Positions 50,816 to 62,290 of a stretch of DNA of 64,000 nucleotides are shown in pieces. The first letter of the stretch is position 1. Each line of letters opens with the position of its first letter. Under the pieces are notes generated by a model. The model saw only the letters and a list, made by a program, of their open reading frames with translations, ran no database searches and had not been told where the DNA came from. Position numbers and translations under genes: made by a program. The DNA comes from Balanoglossus misakiensis (taxonomy: Eukaryota; Animalia; Hemichordata): positions 18,275,028 to 18,339,027 of the forward strand of contig CM082576.2 of the NCBI GenBank assembly GCA_040954595.2, read 5' to 3'.

Positions 50816-53800
50816 ATGCCTCGTAAGAAGAACTGGAGGAAGAGTGATGCGCAGAAGAAGCGGTTGGGTTTGGTTCGTGTCCCACCAACCAGTGATATTG
50901 TCACTCAGGGCCAATGTGTCCTGTCTGATCAAAACAATGCTAATGAAATGGAAAATGAATGTGGAAATTATGTCCTTCGGGATGCTAATAACTTGCAAAA
51001 TGAATCTGATGGTGTCCTTCGGGATCATGATAACTTGCGAAATAAATCGGATGGTGTCCTTCGGGATCTTGATAACTTGCAAAATGAATCTAATGGTGTC
51101 CTTCGGGATCTTGATAACTTGCAATATGAATGTGAAGGTGTCCTTCGGGATCTTGATAACTTACAATATGAATGTGAAGGTGTCCTTCGGGATCATGGCG
51201 AAGAAGGTGTAGATTTGGAGGGCGCAAGTAAAACTATGGCAGATGATGTTGCACATGATGAAGGTGATCAAAGAGGATTTACTGTTGATCATGAAGTTGA
51301 GGAGACTTATGTGATGGGCGAGGTTGATAATATGAAAATAGCAAGAGTTACAGAGAGTGTTGGAAATGATTCACAAGATTTAGATAATGTTGGTACCGAA
51401 ACCAGTGAATATTTATTTTGTCCAATTACGTCTGTGATACAGCATGAGTTATGTGTCAAACTTCAGTTACATAATGAAACTACTATTGAGTGTGTAAATG
51501 GGATTGAGGGTGCGGAAGCTGGTGAACCGTGTAAAATAAAGTCAATTGTTGGTGATGGTAACTGTTTGTTTCGGGCGTTGTCATATGCTGTAAGTGGAAG
51601 TGAGAGAAATCACAGAGTGATGCGAAAAGCCATTGTTAATCACTTGAAAGTCAATGAGAATGCATATTTAGATTTCATAAAGTCAATGGGATATACATCA
51701 GTTGCAGACTACATTGAAAAGTCTAGAATGGATTGCCTTAACATTTGGGGTTCCGAAGTTGAAATCTTCGCAGGAGCAAACTTGTTGAATACTGACATAT
51801 ATGTCCATACCATTGGCAGATGGTGGAAACACCCTTGCACTGAATTTAATGAGAGGAATTGCAGTCGAGGTGATGGTATCTATATTTATCATCTGAATCA
51901 AAATCATTTTGATGTTGTTGAGTGTGTCAAAACACCTAACTTGAAAACATGTCACTGCACACATACTGATTGTGATGTACAAGTGTCTAGTGTAAATGTG
52001 ACTGACAACTGCAAATCTGTTACAAGTAGTGAGATATCTTCTTCACAAAGGAAGTGTCCAAATAAGACAGGAATTGTGAATGACAATTTGAATGCACTGG
52101 GGATTGAAAGTAGAGTTAAGAGGAAAAGGCCGATGAGTACACGGCTGAGAAAGAAACTGAGAAAAGTGAAATATCAACAGAAAGAAAGTATGGAAACTGC
52201 ATCTGGTGCAAATGTTAAAACAAAGAGCAGTAGGGCTGATAGACAGCGTGCGTTGTATCATAGTAATTGTGAAATCAGAGAGCAACTGAAATTGAAAAGT
52301 AAAAGAAAGTACCATGATGATATAACATACAAAGAGGTTAAGAAACAGAAATTGTCAGACAAGTACCAGGAGGACATTTTGTTTCGTGAAGCCACAAAGG
52401 TGAAATTGTCAGAGAAGTACCGGCATGACACATTGTTTCGTGAAGCCACGAAGTTGAAGTTGGCTGAGAAGTACCGTCATGACACATTGTTTCGTGAAGC
52501 CACGAAGGTGAAATTGTCAGAGAAGTACAGACATGACTCATTGTATCGTGAAGCAAAGAAGGGGAAATTTACAGAGAAATATAAGCATGACAATTTGTTT
52601 CGTGAAACAAAGAAGGTGAAATTGTCACAGAAGTACAGGCATGACGCATTGTTTCGTGAAACAAAGAAGGTGAAATTGTCACAGAAGTACTGGCATGATG
52701 CATTGTTTCGTGAAACAAAGAAGGTGAAATTGTCACAGAAGTACCTACATGACACATTGTATCGTGAAGGAAAGAAAGGGAAATTTACAGAGAAATATGA
52801 GCATGATGATTTGTTTCGAAAATCTGAGAAAACAAGATTTTCACACAAATATCACCACGATGAGGGATTTCGTGACAAGAAAAAATGGGAATTTTGTGAA
52901 CAATATAGAAAAATCCCCCTAGTCAGACAAAATCAGCAGAGACAATGTTCACAAAGGTACAAACAAAACCCTGACTATAGAGAGAGTGTATTGGAGAGAA
53001 CGAGAAGAGAAAGAGAACAGAAGACAATGCAAAAGGGGAATTTAGATTATGTTGTTGCTGCTTTTCGAAATCAGGTATCAAATGGTCCTGACTGTGTGTG
53101 TTCTGCTTGCCACAGGCGACTTTTCAGAAAGCAAGTAATTCTTTGCAGAAGGGATAAGTATGCGAGTAAAATTGCATCATGTGATATTGCTGAGAATTGC
53201 ATTACAGAAGATTATGTACATAGATGTAGTTTATTATGTCCTGTTGAGTGCCCACTTGAGAATAGTGCAGCTAGTAAGGAGTGGATTTGTTACACATGTG
53301 ACACAAAACTGTTGCGTGGAAAGATGCCAGTTCAAGCTGTTGCAAACAATCTCCATGTGAACCCAATTCCTCATGAATTGGAATGCCTGAATTCTCTAGA
53401 ACAACATCTGATTGCATTACATATTCCATTTATGAAAATGCTTGCATTGCCAAAAGGTGGTCAGAATGGTGTTCATGGACCTGTTGTATGTGTCCCATCA
53501 AATATTGAGAAAGCTACAAGTATTTTGCCACGAGGTGAATTGGATGATCAAATGATAAAGGTTAAACTGAAGCGAAAATTGACTTACAAGGGTTCTTATC
53601 AGTATCAGTTTGTAACTAAAAGCCACATTCAGAATGCATTGGATTACTTACAGAGAAATAACAAGTGGTATAATGATGTGAAATTCAATGTTGATTGGGA
53701 AAATAGTCTTGAGAAAACAAAAGATGAACCCTCAGAAATCAAAGATATTGATGCAGATGATGTGGCAGATGATGGAAATGACTCTGACAAAGAAACTAAT

Positions 53801-56800
53801 GGAATATTCATGGACACATGCTTTCAGCCAGTCAATATAGCTCAAGATATTCTTGATTATCACTTTGATGCTATAATCTCTGTTGCTCCTGCAGAAGGTA
53901 ATGTACCTGTTAGTGTTTTGATGGAGAAATTCAATGAAGCAAAGTGCTTTCCAGTGTTATTTCCAACTGGGTCACCAACATTTCATGATGACAGAGAAAT
54001 TAAAATTACTATAGGGCGATACTTGCAAAGTCGTTTGATGAATGCAAGCAATAGGTTTGCACAAAATACAGACTACATATTCTATTCACAGTATTTATCA
54101 GAAATTGAGCAGGTTGTATCTAATGTGTCTATTGCATTGAGAAAAGGAACTGCACATGCTTGTGGTAGAAAAGTAACATCTGATGTTTTGACTGACAGAG
54201 AATATTTGCAAGAAATTTTGAAGTGTGATGAAGGTTACAAGTTTTTGAAACCTATTAGGGGGACACCCCCTTACTGGCAAGCTACACAGAAAGATTTGTT
54301 TGCAATGATCAGACAGCTAGGTATACCAACATGGTTCTGTTCATTTTCTTCTGCTGATTTGCGATGGAAAGAACTGATTGAGACATTACTTCGTGGTGAA
54401 GGTGATACACGTAATGCAGAGGACCTTGATTGGTCTGAGAAATGTGGTATTTTGAAGCGTAACCCAGTAACAGCTGCAAGAATGTTTGATCATCGGTTTC
54501 AATGTTTTCTGAAAGATGTCATTATGTCACCGGCCAATCCTATTGGCAAAATCAAAGATTACTTTTATCGAGTAGAATTCCAACAACGTGGGTCACCCCA
54601 CACTCACTGCTTATTTTGGGTTGAAGATGCACCCAGAGTAGACAAGAATTCTGATGATGAAGTGGTTGATTTTGTTGACATATATGTTACATGTGAAATG
54701 CCATCATCTGACAATGATGAAGAATTACATGACATTGTTAAATCAGTTCAGAAACACAGCACACGCCATTCAATATCTTGCAAGAAGAAAAATACTAATT
54801 GTAGATTTAATTTCCCACGGCCACCATCAAAAGAGACATTTGTATGCCGCCCTGTTGACAGTGTAGTGAATAAAGTACCAGAAGATCTGGAAAACGCGGA
54901 GAGTCGAGAAGCATTTGAAATTGCCGTTTCACAGTTGAGTGTTTCACCAGTGGAGCAAATGATGGCTACAAAACTTCTAGAGAAACTTTGGATGGCAATG
55001 AATGACAAGGAGAAAGAGTATGATACTATAGATGACTTATTTGCTGAAGTTGGTACATCTCAGGAAGCCTATGAGAGAGCACATTCAATTGTTTCCAAAA
55101 AGACAAGTATAGTTATGAAACGTCAGCCTAGTGATGTGTGGGTAAACCAATACAATGCTTGTCTTCTGCGTTGCTGGAATGCAAATATGGATATCCAGTT
55201 TGTTGTTGATGCATATGCATGTGTTGTGTATATTGTATCATACATTTCCAAGGCAGAAAGAGAGATGGGTTTACTTCTGGAGCACGCGCAGAGAGAAGCT
55301 AACAAGGAAGGAAATATGGATGCTAAATCTGCATTGCAACAGTTGGGCAGTGTATATTTGCACAACAGAGAAGTAAGTGCTCAGGAGGCTGTATATAGAG
55401 TGTGTGGATTGAAATTGAAGCAATCATCTCGAAAAGTCCAGTTTATTCCAACTGGAGAGAATCCTATCAAAATGAGTTTACCATTTGCCACAATAAGAAA
55501 CAAAATGAAGGGAAACGAGGTAGATGAGGAAAGCATCTGGATGCATAGTATTGTTGACAGATACAAGAACAGACCAAATGGGATAGATTTTGATAACATG
55601 TGTCTTGCTACATTTTGCTCAGAATACAGAATAGTTTCAAAATCAGAAGTTGTGAATGTCATTGATGAGAAACGAAAGAGTCCTCTAGTAAAGTTACAAA
55701 ATGATATTGGCTATATGCAAAAGAGATCACAAACTGAACCAGCTGTCATCAGATATGCAAGATTCTCAGTGACGAAATATCCAGAGAAGTATTATCGCAG
55801 TATCTTGGAACTCTTTCTACCATACCGGGTTGATGCACAACTGAAACCTAGTGGTTTTGAATCCTACGAGGATTTCTATCGTGTTGGTGCTGTGAAATGT
55901 GGATCTGAATCTGTAGAAAAAGTGAAGGACATAGTGGAAAGAAACAAAGCACTGTATGAAAAAGAGGCTGATGCTGTTGATATGGCTGAAGAATTCCTTG
56001 GTGGGAATAATGAACCACTGGAAGATGCATGGGCACAAATCTGTCCAGAAAATGAATTAGACAGATTGGAATGTATTGAGGAAGGCAAGAAATGCAATGA
56101 CGATGATCATGGAGATGAAACAGATGATATTCCAGAGTTGGTGGCAAAAGCGCAAGGTGATTGCAGTATAGAGATTGCTACTTCAACATCAAGAGCAGAG
56201 ATTGCAGCAATGTGTAGATCATTGAACAAAGAACAAGCTGAAGTGTTCTATTGTGTCAGACAGTGGTGTTTGGATAAAAGCAATGGGAAAAATCCAGAGC
56301 CTTTTTATTTATTTTTGAGTGGTGGTGCTGGCACTGGAAAAAGCCATTTGATCAAGACGTTGTATCATGAAGCCAAACGAATTCTAGCTCGTGTATTGCC
56401 AAACCCAGATGAAATGTCTGTAATGCTCACAGCTCCAACGGGTGTAGCTGCATTTAATATACAAGGAGAAACACTGCATCATGCATTTTCAATAGCAGTT
56501 GACTCAAAGCTACCGTATCAGCCACTGCATGAGGAGAAGATAAACAGTCTCTGTTCAAAACTTGGAAATCTTGAAATTTTAATAATAGATGAAATTTCTA
56601 TGGTTGATAAAAAGTTATTGCACTATGTTCACGGAAGATTAAGACAACTCAAACAACGCTCAAGTCAGGCACCATTTGGAAATGTCAGCGTAATTGCTGT
56701 TGGTGATTTTTACCAACTTCCACCTATGAAAGGAAGTCCACTATGCATAGACAATGATGTCATTAGTTTATGGAGTGATATTTTCAGGATGGTCGAGCTT

Positions 56801-58300
56801 ACTGAAATAATGCGACAGAAGGATAGTGGATTTGCAGAAGCATTAAATCGCTTAAGACTTCACAAGAAGGGAGAGGCACTGAAAGCAAATGACTTGGAAA
56901 TGTTTCAGAAATGTATCACTGGTGAATCGTCTGAGGCAATTCACATTTTTGGTACAAATGCAGAAGTAAATAAATGCAATGTTACAATGCTTCATTCTGT
57001 ATGTTCAGATCCTGTGTGTATTGAAGCAGAAGATTTCATCAAAAATGCTACAACAGGAAAATTGGAAAGAAAGGAAGGTCACCATACAAAAGTCTACAGA
57101 ACTATGTTGCCTAAAAGTGTAAGTCTAGCCATTGGTGCACGAGTTCAATTGACACAAAATATAGATGTTTCTGATGGGCTGGTGAATGGTGTATTTGGAA
57201 CAGTCTGTTATATCGAAGTGAAGGAAACTGGGACTTTCCCAATGGCTGTTTATGTGGTGTTTGATAATGTAAGTGTTGGGCAAAAGTTGCGCAGAAAAAC
57301 ACCTATTGTAGTTCAGTTACCAGAAAGGAGCACACGTATTGAACCTCAGGAATTGTCTGTTGCAATTAATGGTGGTATAAGGAGACAGTTTCCCCTGAAA
57401 CTAGCATGGGCATGTACAGTGCACAAGGTACAAGGATTGACAGTTGATAAAGCTGTTGTTAGTTTAAAGAAGATGTTTGCACCGGGACAGGCATATGTTG
57501 CATTGAGTCGAGTGACATCATTGGAAGGTCTTGTCATTGATGAATTTGAAACATCATCTATTTATTGCAATCCAAAGGTACAGGTTGCTTTGGCAGAAAT
57601 GCCGAAATTTCTTGATACATGTAAAACAAAGTTGGAAACAAGTCATGCTTGCACTTTCATAATGCATAATATTGAGGGTGTTCAAAACCACATTGAAGAT
57701 CTTCGTATTGGTGCTGAATACTTGGAGTCTGACTTCATTTGTTTGACAGAAACATGGTTATCAGAGAAAACATTAGAATCTGATATAGAAGTCAGTGGTT
57801 TTGTATTTAGTCACAAACCTCGAAGTTTATCTTATAATCAATTTTATAAGAACACTGCAACTTTGCAATCACAACATAGAGGTGGTGTTGGAGTGTACTG
57901 CACTATATCCAAGACTGTTGACATTTTGCATCTACCTGTTTGTAACCTAGAATATATGGCATTTTATGTCCAAGACATCAATGTGACAGTAGCAGTAGTT
58001 TACAGACCACCATCATACAAATCAGAGACATTCAGGAAGAACTTGCTTCTTTTAGTAAGTGAAATGGATAAACGTCATGGTGGGACAGTGATCATGGGTG
58101 ATTTCAATGAAAACATTTCCACATCATCATCTCTTGTGGATTTAATGCAATGCTGTGGTTTCAAGCAGTGTGTTAATACAGCAACCACAGAAGCAGGTAC
58201 ATTGATTGACCATGTGTATGTGAAAGGCATAGAAAATGTCACAGTAGAGATTGTACCCAAATACTTTAGTTTTCATGAAGCCATACGCATTCAGATTTGA
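50816..58300 (+). CDS. Helentron transposase: OTU protease, repeats, Zn-binding region, HUH/Y2 Rep, Pif1-family helicase, APE-like endonuclease
   Basis: GDGNCLFRA...NHFD (OTU). VEFQQRGSPHTHCLFW and YIVSYISK (Rep). GGAGTGKS, IIDEISMV, GDFYQLPP, TVHKVQGLT, GQAYVALSR (Pif1). CLTETW, VYRPP, MGDFN, LIDHVY, SFH (EN). Uninterrupted 2494 aa. Confidence 0.96.
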   Translation: MPRKKNWRKSDAQKKRLGLVRVPPTSDIVTQGQCVLSDQNNANEMENECGNYVLRDANNLQNESDGVLRDHDNLRNKSDGVLRDLDNLQNESNGVLRDLDNLQYECEGVLRDLDNLQYECEGVLRDHGEEGVDLEGASKTMADDVAHDEGDQRGFTVDHEVEETYVMGEVDNMKIARVTESVGNDSQDLDNVGTETSEYLFCPITSVIQHELCVKLQLHNETTIECVNGIEGAEAGEPCKIKSIVGDGNCLFRALSYAVSGSERNHRVMRKAIVNHLKVNENAYLDFIKSMGYTSVADYIEKSRMDCLNIWGSEVEIFAGANLLNTDIYVHTIGRWWKHPCTEFNERNCSRGDGIYIYHLNQNHFDVVECVKTPNLKTCHCTHTDCDVQVSSVNVTDNCKSVTSSEISSSQRKCPNKTGIVNDNLNALGIESRVKRKRPMSTRLRKKLRKVKYQQKESMETASGANVKTKSSRADRQRALYHSNCEIREQLKLKSKRKYHDDITYKEVKKQKLSDKYQEDILFREATKVKLSEKYRHDTLFREATKLKLAEKYRHDTLFREATKVKLSEKYRHDSLYREAKKGKFTEKYKHDNLFRETKKVKLSQKYRHDALFRETKKVKLSQKYWHDALFRETKKVKLSQKYLHDTLYREGKKGKFTEKYEHDDLFRKSEKTRFSHKYHHDEGFRDKKKWEFCEQYRKIPLVRQNQQRQCSQRYKQNPDYRESVLERTRREREQKTMQKGNLDYVVAAFRNQVSNGPDCVCSACHRRLFRKQVILCRRDKYASKIASCDIAENCITEDYVHRCSLLCPVECPLENSAASKEWICYTCDTKLLRGKMPVQAVANNLHVNPIPHELECLNSLEQHLIALHIPFMKMLALPKGGQNGVHGPVVCVPSNIEKATSILPRGELDDQMIKVKLKRKLTYKGSYQYQFVTKSHIQNALDYLQRNNKWYNDVKFNVDWENSLEKTKDEPSEIKDIDADDVADDGNDSDKETNGIFMDTCFQPVNIAQDILDYHFDAIISVAPAEGNVPVSVLMEKFNEAKCFPVLFPTGSPTFHDDREIKITIGRYLQSRLMNASNRFAQNTDYIFYSQYLSEIEQVVSNVSIALRKGTAHACGRKVTSDVLTDREYLQEILKCDEGYKFLKPIRGTPPYWQATQKDLFAMIRQLGIPTWFCSFSSADLRWKELIETLLRGEGDTRNAEDLDWSEKCGILKRNPVTAARMFDHRFQCFLKDVIMSPANPIGKIKDYFYRVEFQQRGSPHTHCLFWVEDAPRVDKNSDDEVVDFVDIYVTCEMPSSDNDEELHDIVKSVQKHSTRHSISCKKKNTNCRFNFPRPPSKETFVCRPVDSVVNKVPEDLENAESREAFEIAVSQLSVSPVEQMMATKLLEKLWMAMNDKEKEYDTIDDLFAEVGTSQEAYERAHSIVSKKTSIVMKRQPSDVWVNQYNACLLRCWNANMDIQFVVDAYACVVYIVSYISKAEREMGLLLEHAQREANKEGNMDAKSALQQLGSVYLHNREVSAQEAVYRVCGLKLKQSSRKVQFIPTGENPIKMSLPFATIRNKMKGNEVDEESIWMHSIVDRYKNRPNGIDFDNMCLATFCSEYRIVSKSEVVNVIDEKRKSPLVKLQNDIGYMQKRSQTEPAVIRYARFSVTKYPEKYYRSILELFLPYRVDAQLKPSGFESYEDFYRVGAVKCGSESVEKVKDIVERNKALYEKEADAVDMAEEFLGGNNEPLEDAWAQICPENELDRLECIEEGKKCNDDDHGDETDDIPELVAKAQGDCSIEIATSTSRAEIAAMCRSLNKEQAEVFYCVRQWCLDKSNGKNPEPFYLFLSGGAGTGKSHLIKTLYHEAKRILARVLPNPDEMSVMLTAPTGVAAFNIQGETLHHAFSIAVDSKLPYQPLHEEKINSLCSKLGNLEILIIDEISMVDKKLLHYVHGRLRQLKQRSSQAPFGNVSVIAVGDFYQLPPMKGSPLCIDNDVISLWSDIFRMVELTEIMRQKDSGFAEALNRLRLHKKGEALKANDLEMFQKCITGESSEAIHIFGTNAEVNKCNVTMLHSVCSDPVCIEAEDFIKNATTGKLERKEGHHTKVYRTMLPKSVSLAIGARVQLTQNIDVSDGLVNGVFGTVCYIEVKETGTFPMAVYVVFDNVSVGQKLRRKTPIVVQLPERSTRIEPQELSVAINGGIRRQFPLKLAWACTVHKVQGLTVDKAVVSLKKMFAPGQAYVALSRVTSLEGLVIDEFETSSIYCNPKVQVALAEMPKFLDTCKTKLETSHACTFIMHNIEGVQNHIEDLRIGAEYLESDFICLTETWLSEKTLESDIEVSGFVFSHKPRSLSYNQFYKNTATLQSQHRGGVGVYCTISKTVDILHLPVCNLEYMAFYVQDINVTVAVVYRPPSYKSETFRKNLLLLVSEMDKRHGGTVIMGDFNENISTSSSLVDLMQCCGFKQCVNTATTEAGTLIDHVYVKGIENVTVEIVPKYFSFHEAIRIQI
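50968..51200 (+). repeat. Coding tandem repeat, 42 bp / 14 aa (GVLRDLDNLQNESD), about six copies
   Basis: GTCCTTCGGGAT recurs every 42 bp. Confidence 0.9.
52305..52885 (+). repeat. Coding tandem repeat, 54 bp / 18 aa (KYRHDTLFREATKVKLSE), about eleven copies
   Basis: KY.HD..FRE motif at an 18-residue period. Confidence 0.9.
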
Positions 58301-60209
58301 ATATTGACAGTAACACTGAGGCAAACATGTGATATATGGCAAAATAATTTCAAAGACATATCCCGTCCTGATTATGAACATTTTGTGGTGATCCATACTG
58401 ACGGGGCCACATGTTTTTGTGTTTTAATTCTTTATCTGATTAATACCAGCTGTAAAGTTATGCTCTGTCTTAACCATTGTCAGGTCTGTGTTGTTGTTTA
58501 CTCTTGTTCCAATGTCAGGAGTAAACAAGAATAAGGAAGACCTGACAAATGTAAAGACACTAAGCCTTTACAGGTGATATTAATCAGAGTCAACATGGGG
58601 GGGGGGGGGGGCAAGGGTGTGCAGGTCTGGTATGATAAGGGGACAAAATGTATGTATATATATGTATGGGTATAATGTATATATTTGAAGTTTTTATCAG
58701 AGGAAATAATTCTCTACTTGAATGGGAATATCTGAGAGTTTCTGTGAATTACTGCTTTTGTTAGTTATGGCAATGTAAAATGTGTTTTTAAATGATGTTT
58801 AGTAATGAGGAAATATTTGTCTTCCATAAGCTATTGGATATTGCATATTTAATGCCATGTTGTGATGGTCTAACTAGGTTTTACTGATAGTTCGCCAATG
58901 GCAATTAATTGGGAAATGAGGAAATTAACAGGTGCACACCTGGGACCAATTAGTTGCTCAGGGCAATAATTTGGCTATATATAAAACACCTACTATGATG
59001 CAATCGTCTCGTCATGAGCGTGATCAATAAATAATTGACGCAGTCGCCTAAACACGCACATGATCGCTGCCCTAGACGCTGATGCCGGTCGACGAGCTGT
59101 CAATGTCGTGAAGACGTTCATCATCTAGGATGCCATCTACATGGCGAAAGAGTCGTGAGACGATGTCACACCGCAGACACTTGTTGGGTGCTTTCGCAAA
59201 GCCAGCTTCACGGATTCAGACTCTGTGGTCACCGACGCGATGAATTCGACGCACTGCACTTGCCAATGTCCCCACGCCAGATGACACGACGACCGAGGAA
59301 TTCAGCCGTTCACGTCGAGGTGGACAGCGGTGTCGAGGTCAATGGTGAGCTGTCCGATGCAGAATTGAGAACGCCGTGTTTGCTGTAGCCCCAGAAGCGA
59401 AGATCAACGCACCATCGACTTGTGTCTCCAAGAGCGGCTTGTCTTCAGTGTGGTGTTATTCAATATTTATTGTACTTGTCTTTGATATTTTTACATGATG
59501 CTTTGGCAAAACGTACTTTATTTCAAGAAAGGTACAGTAATCGTTCATCTGTATACGTCACCTATGTCAATCACACACTAACAATGACCCTAAGTTATTT
59601 ACACTTGAATAGGCATTTGTATCAATCAGGTGGACGTCAGTTTCGCTGCAAGATTTTACCTCCTCTTTTTCGTTTATTGGTAAGAATCTTTGGTGAATCG
59701 TACATGTTGTATTTTACATGTCATGGCCGGAAATTTAATTTAAAAATCCGAAGCAGTTGCCAACCAGCCAAGAAATCGCCCATGAACGATTTCTTGGATG
59801 GGCGAACTATCAGTTAAACCCAGTAATTATTGAAGTATATTTGATGTAATGTTTATGCAGTTATAGTTCTTATATTGTAAGACAATATAGCCCCTTATAG
59901 TTCCATACCTCTATTGTTGACCAGTGTTATGTGAATTACCAATTAACTTCCATATAATGTATTTGTGACTTCAAAGTCACCATAAGCACCATGTACGTGA
60001 CAAGAATTAAATGTTCATATTAATTTAACAATTTCCTCAATGTGAATGAACAATTAATAATGTATATTTGTTTCATTATCAACTAACATGTCTACTGTGG
60101 TGCAGTTGTGATGGTTAACTTCACAATAAATAGTAATGTTTCGAAGAATTTGTTTGAAAATGTGTAATATAAGAGTAGTAATTCGCATGTATGTAATATT
60201 AAGGTCAAT

Positions 60210-62290
60210 AGTCACCTGAGGTCACCCGAAATTTGGGCCCAGAAATGGTTCAATAAAAACCACACCTTTAGCCCTATTGGTGCACATGGAATTGGTATAT
60301 ACAGTGTATGCACATAATTAATGAAATCAGCAGGTGCCACAGTTGACCTCCAAATTGGACTTTTCAAATCTGTCTCATACCTGCAAACGCCATGGCTATA
60401 CCTTCTGTAGATGGCAAAATATGGGGAAATAGGTCGAAAGTCACCCAATGTCACCCGAAATATGGGCATACATTTTTCACCCCATACCAGTCCATGTTAA
60501 ACAAAAAACGAAACCTCTCGTCCTATTGGTTGGTCTGTAATGAGGTATGGACATAATTAATGACTGAAGCAGGTGTCCACAGGTGACCCAAACATTTGGC
60601 TGTTCATTTTAGTCCTAAACTCCAAACGCCAAGTCTGTACCTACTCTGGGTGCCCAGATAACGGAAAATAAGTCAAAGGTCACCTGAGGCCACCCAAAAT
60701 TTGGGCAAAATTTTTTGACCCCATACTGGTCCATGTGCCACAAGAACAAAACCTCTAGCCCTAATAGTTACCCCGGAATTAGGTATGCACATAATTAATG
60801 AGATAAGCAGGTGTCACAGGTGACCCCCAACTTAGGCTTTTCAATTGTAGTCCCAACCATGCAAACGCCAAGTCTGTACCTGCTCAGGATGCCGAGATAT
60901 AGGAAAGTAGGTCAAAGGTCACCTAAGGTCACCCAAAATGTGGGCAAAAAATTTTGACCCCATACTGGTCCATATGCCACAAGAACAAAACCTCTAGCCC
61001 TAATAGTTACCCCGGAATTAGGTATGCACATAATTAATGAGATAAGCAGGTGTCACAGGTGACCCCCAACTTAGGCTTTTCAATTGTAGTCCCAACCATG
61101 CAAACGCCAAGTCTGTACCTGCTCAGAATGCCGAGATATAGGAAAGTAGGTCAAAGGTCACCTGAGGTCACCCAAAATGTGGGCAAGAAATTTTGACCCC
61201 ATACTGGTCTATATGCCACAAGAACAAAACCTCTAGCCCTAATAGTTACCCTGGAATTAGGTATGCACATAATTAATGAGATAAGCAGGTGTCACAGGTG
61301 ACCCCCAACTTAGGCTTTTCAATTGTAGTCCCAACCATGCAAACGCCAAGTCTGTACCTGCTCAGGATGCCGAGATATAGGAAAGTAGGTCAAAGTCACC
61401 TAAGGTCACCCAAAATGTGGGCAAGAAATTTTGACCCCATACTGGTCCATATGCCACAAGAACAAAACCTCTAGCCCTAATAGTTACCCCGGAATTAGGT
61501 ATGCACATAATTCATGAGATAAGCAGGTGTCACAGGTGACCCCCAACTTAGGCTTTTCAATTGTAGTCCCAACCATGCAAACGCCAAGTCTGTACCTGCT
61601 CAGGATGCCAAGATATAGGAAAGTAGGTCAAAGGTCACCCGAGGTCACCCATAATGTGGGCAAGAAATTTTGACCCCATACTGGTCCATATGCCACAAGA
61701 ACAAAACCTCTAGCCCTAATAGTTACCCCGGAATTAGGTATGCACATAATTAATGAGATAAGCAGGTGTCACAGGTGACCCCCAACTTAGGCTTTTCAAT
61801 TGTAGTCCCAACCATGCAAACGCCAAGTCTGTACCTGCTCAGGATGCCGAGATATAGGAAAGTAGGTCAAAGTCACCTAAAGTCACCCAAAATGTGGGCA
61901 AGAAATTTTGACCCCATACTGGTCCATATGCCACAAGAACAAAACCTCTAGCCCTAATAGTTACCCCGGAATTAGGTATGCACATACTTAATTAGATAAG
62001 CAGGTGACACAAGTGACCCCCAACTTAGGCTTTTCAATTGTAGTCCCAACCATGCAAACGCCAAGTCTGTACCTGCTCAGGATGCCAAGATATAGGAAAG
62101 TAGGTCAAAGGTCAACTAAGGTCACCCAAAATGTGGGCAAGAAATTTTGACCCCATACTGGTCCATGTCTCACAAGAACAAAACCTCTAGCCCTAATAGT
62201 TACCCCGGAATTAGGTATGCACATAATTCATGAGTTCACGCAGGTGTTACAGGTGAGCCAAAATTTTGCCTGTTATTTTGGTCCCATTGT
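60210..62290 (+). repeat. 238-239-bp satellite array inside the Helentron subterminal region (~6.5 near-identical units plus ~2 diverged)
   Basis: GTCACC..AGGTCACCCAAAATGTGGGC at ~60678, 60917, 61156, 61394, 61633, 61871 and 62110. Confidence 0.95.

Noticed and set aside
50816-58300. Host PIF1 helicase gene or viral replicase
   Set aside because: The fused Helitron Rep motifs, C-terminal endonuclease and Helentron termini identify it as a transposase.
58858-60002. CpG-rich segment with a TATA-like motif and TG...CA ends as a possible solo LTR
   Set aside because: No TSD or convincing terminal inverted repeat was found and there is no second copy in the window, so it is left uncalled.
61289-61951. 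Repeated 61-aa ORFs (MSQVTP...) in the satellite units
   Set aside because: They start at GTG, have no recognisable domain, and are broken by 1-bp indels in neighbouring units.
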